From positions 1 through 34,329 of the forward strand of contig JBHJMP010000899.1 of the NCBI GenBank assembly GCA_043381765.1: a stretch of DNA of 34,329 nt. The letters are read 5' to 3'. Position 1 is the stretch's first letter. The number at the start of each line of letters is the position of its first letter. The notes below the pieces were generated by a model. The model searched no databases and had not been told where the DNA came from. It was given only the letters and a program-made list of their open reading frames with translations. Position numbers and translations under genes: made by a program. Of this stretch, positions 1-11,582 are shown in pieces. The DNA comes from Collodictyon triciliatum (lineage: Eukaryota).

Positions 1-128
1 AACCAAAAAAACCAAAAAAACCAAAAAAACCAAAAAAACCAAAAAAAACCAAAAAAAACCAAAAAAAACCAAAAAAACCAAAAAAACCAAAAAACCAAAA
101 AACCAAAAAACCAAAAAACCAAAAAAAA
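1..128. repeat. (CCAAAAAA)n-type simple repeat with variable A-run length; probably intronic in the - strand gene
   Basis: Directly visible tandem CCA(6-8) units; lies just after a CAG|GTATTG donor on the - strand at 140/139. Confidence 0.9.
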
Positions 129-139
129 ATGAGCAATAC

Positions 140-299
140 CTGCGCTTTCCTGACGGTCAAGTTGCAACACATTATCAATCCCGTGGTGAAAGACATGATC
201 AACATAGACTTTCCCGTTATCGTAGCCTTCTTCGTTGGTTGCCTTTTTTCACAACTAATTTGTATTGCGATTACCGCCCGCAATAACTTACGCACTCAT
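140..299 (-). CDS. Putative first two exons (299-292, 242-140) of a divergent gene running off the left edge; product unknown
   Basis: - strand ATG AGT GC|GTAAGT...AAAG|G CAA CCA...GCG CAG|GTATTG gives an open frame MSAQPTKKATITGKSMLIMSFTTGLIMCCNLTVRKAQ with consistent phases; no family recognised. Confidence 0.4.
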
Positions 300-412
300 T
301 GTGTAGACTCGATCAGTTTTAGCTCGAGCGCCCTTCCCACGAGGTATTCAAATGTCCACTCTGCGGGGACACGCTAAGGCTTTGCTTTTAGGAGGACAAT
401 AAATATCCAGTG

Positions 413-560
413 AAAAAGAAAAGAAACAAAGAAACAAAGAAAAGAAACAAAGAAAAGAAACAAAGAAAAGAAAAAGAAAAGAAAAAGAAAAAGAAATAGA
501 AAAGAAAAAGAAAAAGAAAAATAAAAGAAAAAGAAAAATAAAAGAAAAAGAAAAAGAGAA
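413..560. repeat. A-rich (AAAAG/AAAAAG/AAAC) simple repeat upstream of the kelch gene start
   Basis: Visible low-complexity tract; explains the spurious poly-F ORFs at 348-619. Confidence 0.9.
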
Positions 561-569
561 ACAGACACT

Positions 570-2945
570 ATGCAAGAAAAAATGAAACAAGATGACCTAC
601 CAAACCAAACTGTCGACAAAAAACAAAAAACAAAAATGCAAAGGCGAAAGTCCTTCGTCGAGTCACTGAAGGATTTATCACCTTTCTCGGGACCGTCGAG
701 TTCTTCATCGGGAGATGCATCCTCATCTCTCTTATCGGACTACAACATAAACTGGTGCATAACATTCTTTGAACCCTATTCTTTTTAAACACATGGTGGC
801 TTGTGTCTGCATTATTATGATTTTTTTTTTCGTCGAGCAGAGATTAAAGTTATATATATATATATATATTGTAATGAACATCGTGAAATCCACTTAGCAC
901 CGCAGTGCAAACATCGAAGCACTCCCCTATCGAAAGGTGTAATCACAGCGCTACAATTGTTGGTGTAAGGATTCCCTAATTTTCTTTATCTAAATCAAGC
1001 CTTACAGTATGCAGCTGTATTAGATTAATAATTTTATTTCCCATGGACATAAGCTCAGGCATTGTGGTACATGCTTATTTTTAATCATGAATTGTCATTA
1101 TGAATTTAGGATAATATGGTCATTTATGGAGGCCGTGATTTGGAAACAAAGTCATATTTTGACGACGTGTTCGTGCTTAACTTGTGTATAGTCTTAATGT
1201 CATACATATTCATAGTTTCCAATATCTTCTTGAAATTTGGGCTGTCTAGCAGGATATCTCTTTCATTTTATACATATACGACGCATCACCGGATACTATA
1301 TTTACCCATTCCACACCGTAAGTAACCTATGAATGGACGAAGCCCGATTTGAATGGCAAGATACCATCCCCAAGAGCACTACACACATCTTCGCTAGCTG
1401 GTGATGGAAAAACCATCATTATCACAGGAGGCTCTAATGATAAAGTAGAATTTGACGAAGTCTTTTCGTTGGACTGCGGTTTGTACCAATTTGAAATTGA
1501 TAGTGGCCATGGTACTAAAATTCTGCCATCTTACATTTTTTTTTTGTCTGCAAGCAATTTTAATTTTTTTTCCATTATTTGCTCACCTAAACTAGAGACA
1601 TGGACATTCGAAATGATCTTTGCTGGGCCTGATTTCCCGGGAGGCGGTCTTACAGGCCACTCAGCGACTCTTCATGACCGAAAACTCTATGTATTTGGCG
1701 GGCGTCTATCTTTAACAGAAAGAGCATCTTCGTATTTGCACACATTTGACCTAGGTAGATTACACTGGCCAAAATGGAATATATATACACCAATGTCAGT
1801 TTGAAATATATTTATTCGTAATTGCGCGTTTGTGGTTCTTACTCATAGACACAAAGAGATGGGATAAAATTGAGGCATCTGGACATATTATTCCAAGGTT
1901 TGCCTGCTTAGTTAATTTATCTAATATATGAATATTCTACTCTGCTACATACGGCTGATGAGGGGGAACTCTGAAAGGCGCCAATCAAATGTACCAATTT
2001 GATAATTAGGGCAGGGCATACATCAACATTGATTCAGAGCAGACTTCGTGGGGACTATATTCTCATTTTCGGAGGGAAAAATGGAGATTCAACTGTTGAT
2101 GCAAAAGTTGTTCTGTTCGACATCGGTATGCTTGCCAAATTCATGCTCCCATGGGAATTAACAACACAACAAAATCAAACATACTATGTGATTTAATTGT
2201 ATTAATAAATAACTCACGTTTCACCTGTATTCAAATATGCTTGAATCAGCCAATCAATCTTGGAATCTGTTGGAAGCAACTGGAAAGGTATTTCCTTGTA
2301 CTATATATATTTGAGAACGAAGGTGTGGTTTCCAGCACGATGCTCTGCCATCCCAGACAAATTCGGCCGCATGAATGTTTAAAAATACTACAACCTTGAA
2401 GAAGAGTTCCATTCAATTTTTTTTTTTTGTTTATTTATTCTCTTTGTTGTACATAAATCATGGTAATTTTTTTGATACAAATACTGAAATACACACTAAA
2501 GTCCCCAGGAGCATCTAGATTGTTCCATAGCAGTGTCTACGCAGCGCCCTTCTTGGTCATACTCGGAGGAAAGAGGGAGTACTCTGATGAAGGATTAGAC
2601 TCGATCTACGTCTTGGACACTCGTAAGACTAATTGGAGCTGGAAACGCTACATATTTTGAACGTAGCGCACACATCGCCCCCCTTTATCAGCAAAGAGAC
2701 TATAGACATATTATTTGATAATCACCCCTCGTTTCATCGGCACACCGCCCTCTAAAGAAGTGTAACACGGCTACTACTATCCAGAGTACTCCAGATGGGC
2801 AAAGATTAAACTCCAGTCAAGCTTTTCTGTGAATGGCCGATTCGGACACACGATGGTTCAGCACGGAGACACGCTGATTATATTCGGAGGCTGCCACAAC
2901 AAAGTGTGCTACAACGACGTCCACGAACTCACCATAGCTCGCTAA
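570..2945 (+). CDS. Kelch-repeat beta-propeller protein (Rab9 effector p40/KLHDC3/Tea1-like class), ~375 aa, 10 exons: 570-754, 898-964, 1110-1185, 1323-1478, 1596-1754, 1849-1897, 2010-2125, 2250-2287, 2502-2622, 2785-2945
   Basis: Spliced GT-AG model is in frame (1128 nt). About five kelch repeats: ERCNHSATIVGDNMVIYGG..W, PRALHTSSLAGDGKTIIITGG..W, GHSATLHDRKLYVFGG..W, PRAGHTSTLI..LIFGG..W, SRLFHSSVYAAPFLVILGG..W, plus a final GRFGHTMVQHGDTLIIFGG. Confidence 0.9.
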
Positions 2946-3147
2946 TATCTGAACGGGACTAGGAAATCCTCTCTGGTTATCGGCCTGCGCTGTGGATGCG
3001 GGTATCTTCACCAACCACACCCAAAGCCACAAAATAAACAGACCTGTTCGCTCTACCCTCGGCCCACACAAACTGTATCGAACTGAACTAAACTGAACTA
3101 AACTGAAAAGGCTGCTGTCAGTGAGACCAGGTCTTTGCATTTATTGA

Positions 3148-3148
<1 letters not shown>

Positions 3149-3201
<53 letters not shown>
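3149..3201. repeat. (TTA)n microsatellite, intergenic
   Basis: Visible tandem repeat. Confidence 0.95.
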
Positions 3202-3202
<1 letters not shown>

Positions 3203-3388
3203 GTTTTCATTTCAGTTTATTCGGTATGATCTATTATTAACATTTTTATTTCTATTTTTTATTTTATTATTATTGCAAATTATTATTGCAATTATTGTCA
3301 TCTCACCCATCGCACACATTCCTTTGCTTCGCCCTGGGTGCTGTGATTGTTGTCTGTTTGACAGGAAGCAAAGGCAGGTTTGCAATAG

Positions 3389-6300
3389 ATGTCGTCGCCT
3401 CTTTTCGTAGCCGTCGATGTTGGGACCGGAAGTGTTCGGGCTGCCATATTCGATCTGTGTGGAAGTCGCCTTGCTCTTCAAACCGAGGCCCTTAAGACAT
3501 GGAACGACACTCCGCTTCACTATGAGCAGTCGTCCGAGGATGTTTGGAGCAAGTGTGCTTTGGTTGTCCGAAAGGTGACTCTTCTTTCTCGGCAGAGGGC
3601 GTTCCATGATGTTTTCATTGCCCAGCCACTCATCAAAGGCTCGTGCTTCGTTTAAGGGCACATTATTCTCCTGTTTTGTTTAAACAAGAAGGTTAAAAAG
3701 AAGGTGATGCATGCTGAGATTCACCCATATAATCATCATATGATAAGTGTGTAGAATCAGTCCCAGAAGCTCGAGATCTCGTGGTCGGTGTAGGTTTTAC
3801 TGGTACATGCTCACTCGTTCTACTTGGTGATGACAATAAGCCTGTTTCTGCATCTCTAGATGGTTCCAGCGACAAAAATATTATTTTGTGGTATGTTTAA
3901 ATTAATTGTTCATTTTCGCGTTTGCTCTCTCCCATGCGCTCCCATCCCGCCCCTTTGTATGGCATAACCTCGCTACACTTTGAATCGAATAAAGGAAAAA
4001 AAATTAATTGTTCATTTTAATTCACTATCACAGAAGACATATTTGCGCAAGGCTAATTGATTATCATCATTTTCTTGTTCTTTTTCATTTTCTTCTTGTT
4101 CTTGTTGTTCTTGTTGTTCTTGTTGTTCTTGTTGTTCTTGTTGTTCTTGTTGTTCTTGTTGTTCTTCTTTTTTCTTTTTCTTCTTTTTCTTCTTGTTCTT
4201 GTTCTTGTTCTTGTTGTTCTTGTTCTTGTTGTTCTTGTTGTTCTTCTTTTTCTTCTTTTTCTTCTTCCTCTTCATCACCATCATCACCATCACCATCATT
4301 ATTGTAATGGAGTTGGATGCTAAGAATGCAATCCTAGGATATATGCCCTTGTTTCATCTGTCTCAAATCTATGATTAACAGGATGGACCACCGAGCAATT
4401 AACGAGGCCGACGAAATCAACGATTCTGGTCACGAACGACTACGCTTCCTCGGTGGCAAAATATCACCTGAGATGCAAGTGCCAAAGATACTATGGCTTA
4501 AGAGAAACATGCCCCACTCTTTTGCGTCTACGAGGCACTTTTTTGACCTCCCAGACTTTTTGTCATTCAAGGCCACTGGGTGCCATAGCCGCTCTATGTG
4601 CACAACCACATGTAAATGGACTTATCAACCAGTAGACACGAGCACACGTGAAGACAAAACACTGTTTGGTACCGAAGGCTGGAGTGACTCATTTTTTCAA
4701 ACGACAGATCTTTCAAACTTTGTTGACGATAATTACGTCCGAATCGGCTCCCAGGTTTTGCCCCTAGGGTCTAAAATGGCATTACCTCTGCATCCGACTG
4801 TTTCCGACATGTGGGGTCTTGGAAGACAACCTGTATGTGTGGCAGTTTCGTCTATAGATGCACACTCGGGAGGTATTGGCGTCCTCGGAGTTCATCCTGC
4901 AGCCACGCCCAATGAAAGGGTGGATGAGTTGCTCCTTTCTCAAAAATTGGCTCTGATATGCGGGACGTCAAACTGCCACATGGTAGCATCCAAAGAGCCC
5001 AAATTTGTGCCGTAAGTATACAAAATAAGAATTATAATATCAATAAAATAAATATTAACATCTAAATACATAAATGCTTTTGTATCTTGCTTTATTTTTT
5101 TTTTATTGTGATAAAGACGAATTTAATCAATTTATGATAACGACTATAATAATTAAAATAAAAAGACGCTATAATAGCTAAAATTTAACTTCTTCAATAT
5201 GTAATATATTTAATAGTGAATTCTTAATGAGCCATCCTTCATATACCCAATCCAAATTGTAAGATTTATTGAAACCCATTCATTTGAGGATAGAGGTGTA
5301 TGGGGACCTTACTTTGGCGCTATGATTCCAGACATGTGGCTCTCTGAGGGTGGCCAGTCTTCATCGGGTTCCCTCATTCAACACATCATAGATGTTCATT
5401 CTGCCAACACCATCTTGTCGTTCGAGGCAGCAAAGCTTGGAATTCACCCGTACCAAGTGCTTAATGACAAAATCAAGCAAATAGCTGAAAATAAGCCTGT
5501 AACCTGTCCAGCCTTTCTCACTAAGGAAATTCACGTTTGTAATATTAGCTTCTGCCCCTGAGAATCGAATTTACCCTCTCACTTCTCTAGCAACACTTAA
5601 TTTTCTCTCTGTATTATTGTATTTGCCATTCTCTCTAATCATACATTTACACAAATTTCCATAGTGTTTGCCTTACTTCCATGGAAATCGTTCGCCGATA
5701 GCTGACCCGTCTCTGACTGGAATGGTATTTTAGAATGACTATTTAACAGACCAGAAAATGGATCTGTTCCTCTTTTTTTTCCCCTCCTTCAAATTGATTA
5801 ATATAATCAAACTGGTCAATTAATAAAAACTAAACAAAAAAATGACAGTTTTGCGGTTTGACCTTAAATGAAGGTATTGATGATTTAGCAATTAAGTATT
5901 ACTGTGTGGTACAGGTTTTTTTTTTGGATTTATCAATTATTTGATTATTTACTACAACTATGATTATTATGGTTAATTTAATTATTGTCCTTATTATTAT
6001 TTTTATTTATCTTACTGATTGTCTGGCGGTTAAATAAAGTCTAACTTGTTCTAGTATACTGTTTTCATTTAATAATATCAATTTTTATATTACCTAGGCT
6101 TTGGCATATGGCACGCGCCACATAATTGAGGCCATGAATGATTCTGGGCATGATATCAAAGTAAGAATATTTCCGAAAAAAACAAAACAGGAAAAAGGTC
6201 CATCGTTTAATAACCTACACTCCAACTAAATAATGTTTTCTACATTTTTTTCGAAATCATTCGGTATTGCCATTCGGTTTTCTTAACAGGTTATCGTCGC

Positions 6301-6862
6301 TACGGGAGGCCTTGCCAACAATATGCTGTTTCTGCAAGAGCATGCTGATATTACTGGACTTCCCGTCGTTGTAAGATTTTTCCACTGATATCTGCTACAT
6401 TTTATTCTACACAGTCCTATTAAACAATCTCAAACATAATATGTCATTTAATTTCAACCCGCCTATAGTGCATCAGTTCACACGCGTGTGAAAGACAAAA
6501 CTTGATATATATATTTATGATATCTAAGCAAATCAAATAAATGGCCGAACTATGTATGCCATTCAGATTCCGAAGGAATCAGAATCTGTGCTACTTGGGT
6601 CAGCAATCCTTGCAGCAAAAGCGAGCGAGCACTTCAGCGATTTGGAGATTGCCATGAAAAGTATGACTGGGATCAACCGGGTAAGCATTACTAGTATATA
6701 AATTCCAATTTATTCTGCTAAACAGTACTCAATCCGATGCATATATAGATTGTGCAGCCAACCCCCCATACCAATAGTTATCACGCGACCAAGTATCGTG
6801 TCTTCAGGAAGCTTTACCAGGACCAGCTAACCTACAAAGAGATTATGTCACAAGCCGAATAA
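3389..6862 (+). CDS. FGGY: FGGY-family carbohydrate kinase (D-ribulokinase, human FGGY/yeast YDR109C-like), ~565 aa, 10 exons: 3389-3574, 3748-3890, 4382-5011, 5294-5534, 5665-5724, 5849-5914, 6098-6160, 6290-6370, 6567-6680, 6749-6862
   Basis: Signature motifs VDVGTGSVRA, NIILWMDHRA, GGKISPEMQVPKILWLK, FFDLPDFL, IDAHSGG, ICGTSNCHM, VPGVWGPY, EGGQSSSG, PYFHGNRSPIADP, QALAYGTRHII, ESVLLGSA; all introns GT-AG and in frame (1698 nt). Confidence 0.95.
3899..4018 (+). mobile_element. Putative short retroposed insertion: 84 nt (3917-4000) between perfect 18-bp direct repeats in FGGY intron 2
   Basis: AAATTAATTGTTCATTTT at 3899-3916 and 4001-4018; the insert is GC-richer than the intron and ends GAATCGAATAAAGGAAAAA. 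Confidence 0.45.
4075..4298. repeat. (TTGTTCTTG)n / (TTC)n / (CAT,CAC)n compound microsatellite in FGGY intron 2
   Basis: Visible; source of the spurious ORFs at 4008-4378. Confidence 0.95.
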
Positions 6863-7438
6863 ATTGGAGTACAAATTCAAAACAATATCCTTTATATCTT
6901 GAACCAAAGTGCTCGCGCAATTAGAATGAGTCTTCCTCCTTATTATCGAAGAGTCAGAAGAATTAAAAAAAACAAGAAAAACACAGTGAGATTGCAACAA
7001 AAAACGTCAACTAGTGAGCAAAGTAGGTAAAAGAAAAAGAACAGAGAAAGGAGGCAAGTAACATATGAAGCTTTTTTTTTCGAACCGCGATGGAAGATAC
7101 ACTGTATTTTGTTAATCTCGCTAAAGACTCGTGATATTCAGCGATTTGATAAACCGTTTCCTGTCTGCCCATATACCCATATAATTTTTCCACTCGATTT
7201 TTAATTTCAATATCTTATTTTATCATATTCAGATTGTTTCCCTTACTAGCATTTCTTCCTCTTTTCAATTTTTCGTTTTCTTTTCTATTTTTATTTTATT
7301 TTATTTCTTTTTTTTTTTCTCCTGGTATCTTCTTTTTCGGGGGAGGAGGAGCGTCTTTTTCTTCTTTCTTTTAAACAATAATCATTTGCCTTATTTTGCC
7401 AACACTTCTTTCTTGTCTGGCCAGAAGCCGCCTCGCAC

Positions 7439-9332
7439 ATGTCCTTCGACGTTCAGCAGCTATTCAAGACGCACGCAAAGGCCGATCAGCATACGATTGA
7501 CCCAGCCAAAGGCCGCTCCTCCACTAGAGACCCAGCAGAGACGCCACGTCACAAGCCTTTGTTTCACTCACACGACTCGCGTTTGCCGCGCTCACCGTTT
7601 GGACATATCGCCTCAACACAAAACAAGCACCCAAACTCATTTCTTAAAGCTTCTCTGGTTCACGAACGCGAAGGTGAAAAAGTTTCTCTTACTGCCGATG
7701 TGATAACTCGCACTTGCCCAGACAACAGCGTAGACCCTGCTCGGCGGTCTCCGTTCTTGGCCAAGATACAGAGAAAGAGCTTAACACAGGCCCATCAAAT
7801 AACCCAACGAGCCAGCCCGCCTTTCTCATCACCTGCGTCAGATCGGCCTCTCAATCCCGATAGCTCCATGTCACTTTTCAGAACAACTCCAGAGACTTCA
7901 TTCGGGTCTAGTTTTCAGAAAAGGTCTCCCTTTGGAAGAATGTGTCCATTAACCAAACCCCTCGTGGGAGTTACCAGAGAGATATCACATAGGAAAGCAC
8001 TTTTCCCTCCAAAACTGAAACTGCATGGTATTACCTCGCATGAGTATCATAAGGATTCCAGAATAGATGCCGAATCTGAGTCCGACATGAGTATCATAGA
8101 CACTGCTGGGGAGTTTAATCAGGCACAGACACAAAGTCACCAGTGTTTGCATATACCGTACAAAGCAAATACCCCAATTCGCTCGGTTAGCTCAATAAAT
8201 TTACAAATCGCTGAGGAATCCGCAAATGACCTGCTGGACATGCGCTCTGAAGAAACGGAAAAGGGAATGGTGACCCAGAGAGCCCCATCAATACTCCCGT
8301 ANNNNNNNNNNNNNNNNNNNNNNNNNNNNNNNNNNNNNNNNNNNNNNNNNNNNNNNNNNNNNNNNNNNNNNNNNNNNNNNNNNNNNNNNNNNNNNNNNNN
8401 NNNNNNNNNNNNNNNNNNNNNNNNNNNNNNNNNNNNNNNNNNNNNNNNNNNNNNNNNNNNNNNNNNNNNNNNNNNNNNNNNNNNNNNNNNNNNNNNNNNN
8501 NNNNNNNNNNNNNNNNNNNNNNNNNNNNNNNNNNNNNNNNNNNNNNNNNNNNNNNNNNNNNNNNNNNNNNNNNNNNNNNNNNNNNNNNNNNNNNNNNNNN
8601 NNNNNNNNNNTTTTGTTTCAAGCTGACGTGAATAATATGATAGCAGGAATAAGGACGGTGAAAATATTAGCATGACCACGTCAGCTGCGCTATCAGCGGG
8701 CCCAAATACCCACAACCAGTCAATCCGCTCAGAGAATAACGATAGGCCGATAGGAGACGAGGAGGAACACTGGAGTAAGCAGAAATCAGTCCATGCGACT
8801 TCTTGCACAGACCAAATAAAAATTGGTCAAGATTGCCGCATTATATCTCAAGAGACACGGTCGCGTTTCAGTAAGTCTAAGATTGGTGCTTGAGGAAAAG
8901 GAACATATCAAATATTTTTCTTCAGTTTTCCTGAAATACTTGTGTTCCTTCGCAGGTAAGGGCGAATTTCGCCAACCTATTGTCACTGATGCGATGGTGA
9001 GAATTTCTCTGTACTCGTACCAAATATTTGTATGTGATCTTTATTTTACTTCATTTCCTTTTCTCCAGGTCGACTTATACTATGCAGATATATTCCAAGT
9101 TATTCGTACAAAATTAGCAAAAAGCATAAAAAAATACTCTTTGAAGAAATCAAACCCCAAGAAAATACTGAAACGCCTTATTCTGAAACATGTAAGGCTT
9201 TCCACGACTATATGATTGATTTAAAAAATGCCGTTATTAATAAGTTTTTTGTTTTTAAATTAAATTAAATTAAATTAAATTAAATCGATACTCAATTTCA
9301 CTCATCACCCGCAGGATTCTAAAGGTATGTGG

Positions 9333-9387
<55 letters not shown>

Positions 9388-11314
9388 TCAATCAACAATC
9401 AATCCATCGATTAAATAGAGTTAATTGAGTTCATTTGCTTATTCTTTGATTTGTGGTTTATGATAAAAGGACAACTTAAACTTACAGGAATCCAGTCTTT
9501 TTCAAAAAAAGCAGGACAAAGTAGTCAAAGTCTTTTTTCTAAATAAAAACCCAAAAATATTATTGTATTGATATCAATAAATTTACAATCCTAGTAAAAA
9601 TTTTAAAAGGAAATCTCACTTTCTTACAATATCATGTAAATTCATTAAATACACATGGCATAGACTCGAAATACACATCTAGCATTTCGGACTGTCGGTC
9701 ATTCAAAAAGTCGATTATACCCTCATTTAGCTGTGAGAATTTGATTGATCGATCTGATGAAATATCAAATAAAGACTCTAATTTTACGGAGACTTCTCCA
9801 CCGAAATTATCAAGCATACACGGTAGAAGAAATCATCAAGAAGATAACGCAAAATCATCGATGAAAATGGTAGTTTGAGAAGTTATTACTTCTATCATCA
9901 CTTTCTCAGAAAATTTATTTATCATTACCTTTATAAATATTTTATTGAAGGATCCGTTTTTTAAATAAATACTTGTCTTTATTCTTTTCCATTTGTTTAA
10001 TATAAATCTATCAGTCCAGTTCTGTCCTATTTTTTCTATTTTTTTTAACCTTTGATAACAACATTATATCGATATTTCTTTCTTCCTTACGGCATAACAC
10101 ACATTCTTTAATGTCCTTATTATTATTATCACTGCAGGCTGTTCCAAAAGAAACACTCATAGAAGATACAGCAACGTTCAGACAAAACACCAGTATATTT
10201 AAAGCTTTATATAACATAAAACGTGATGTTTTTGCGATAGGGTTTAGGATAGATATGTTATTTTGTAGTTATATTATTTATTTCCTCAAATTTATTTAGT
10301 TAACATTCATTTATAATTAAGTTGCAGAAATAGTTCAGTCTTTCACTGAAGAAATGTTACCACCAAGAATAGATGCTATCAAGAAATGCACCGAACCAGG
10401 TCTCATAATTTACAGACTAGGCATTTAACTATAAACATTTCGGCATCATTCATGTGACTGAATTGTTAACTGCGCTAGATATGCATCAGACCACTATTTT
10501 TGAAGAGAAAGTTGTTGATAGCTCACATGGAGCAGTGGAAAATGGATGCCATGCAAATTCGCTGGCAGACATATTTGATCAAGAACTAGAGAACGTACTT
10601 GAATTAGGTATATTTCACTACTATGAATATTAAATATTTGCTACAAAGTTATCCTCATTACTTTAAATTCTCATTTTCAACATATGTGGTTGTTTGTGTA
10701 TCAAATCAGGACCACTGAGACAACTTCGTCCTCAATTTCAACAAATTTTGTATCACACAAATTCTCATGAATCAGATTTTTTATGTAATTTCGATGCACC
10801 ATACCAATCTCATGGCTATGGCCAAAACGAATTCAGCCAGGGTATTAGTTATATGAATATTCATCAATCAGCTACGATGAACAGAAGTGCAGGTAATCAC
10901 CTCGATTTTCCACCCTCAAACGTGGAAGTCTTCAGCAATCATATAGCACCGCCAACTTGGCCTTCATGGGATCATTACTATATGGAAAACAAGGGCATAC
11001 CTCAAGTAATTATGATTTCACCAACCTATGTCTTTTTCTTGTTCCTGAATGACACGAATGAATTAAATAAAAGAAACATGATCTCATCGCAGCCAAGTCC
11101 AATATTACGAGAGCCCCCAGGTAGTAGTCAGCATAATTTCTTTCCCAGTACTGCTGGGGGTTACTCTGCTGTAAATATTTGGGAGGATGGTAGATACTTA
11201 CATGGATCCTGTGATTCTAATCACAATACCCTTCTATACAAAACACTACCGAAAGATAATGGTCACAATAAAAAATCAAATCGTGGTAGAAAGCGAGGTG
11301 GTCACAATCGGTGA
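7439..11314 (+). CDS. Hypothetical multi-exon protein, Ser/Pro/Arg-rich and largely disordered; 3' end uncertain (about 11123 if the last intron is spliced, 11314 if not)
   Basis: 287-codon first exon, then phase-compatible GT-AG exons near 8644-8871, 8956-8996, 9069-9191, 9315-9324, 9488-9520, 9595-9869, 10138-10192, 10322-10398, 10479-10607 and 10710 onward; no domain recognised; N-gap 8302-8610 lies in intron 1. Confidence 0.65.
8302..8610. other. Assembly gap (others at 16278-16347, 19267-19651 and 19891-20392)
   Basis: Runs of N. Confidence 1.
9333..9400. repeat. (TCAA)n intronic microsatellite
   Basis: Visible tandem repeat directly after the microexon donor. Confidence 0.95.
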
Positions 11315-11582
11315 ACATTTTACTTTAAAAATTCTTATACATCAGTTTTATTTGCATTCACTTGCTAACAGATACCATAATATTGACACGCTGATTCAAG
11401 GGCTAATGTTGTGTCATACGTAATTACTCTACTTTCATACGGCCTGTTCTTTAATTCACAGATAACTCTATTCACAGCATTAACGCCTTTTTTCTTTCAA
11501 TATTTCCATTTTTTTTATTTCTAACATCTAATAGCAATATTTTTTTTCTGTTTTAAAAAAGCCACCTAGCGAACCTAATTCG

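Noticed and set aside
1-128. Possible telomeric repeat
   Set aside because: Unit length is irregular, it directly follows a plausible - strand splice donor, and similar simple repeats fill other introns
1955-1982. Hammerhead-ribozyme-like core CTGATGA-GGGGGAACTCT-GAAA in a kelch intron (also resembles C and D boxes)
   Set aside because: Stem II is weak (G-U rich, 3-nt loop) and I could not build stems I and III with a valid NUH cleavage triplet; the box spacing is far too short for a C/D snoRNA
2288-2297. Donor GTATTTCCTT resembling a U12-type 5' splice site
   Set aside because: It does not match GTATCCTT and there is no TCCTTAAC branch point near the acceptor
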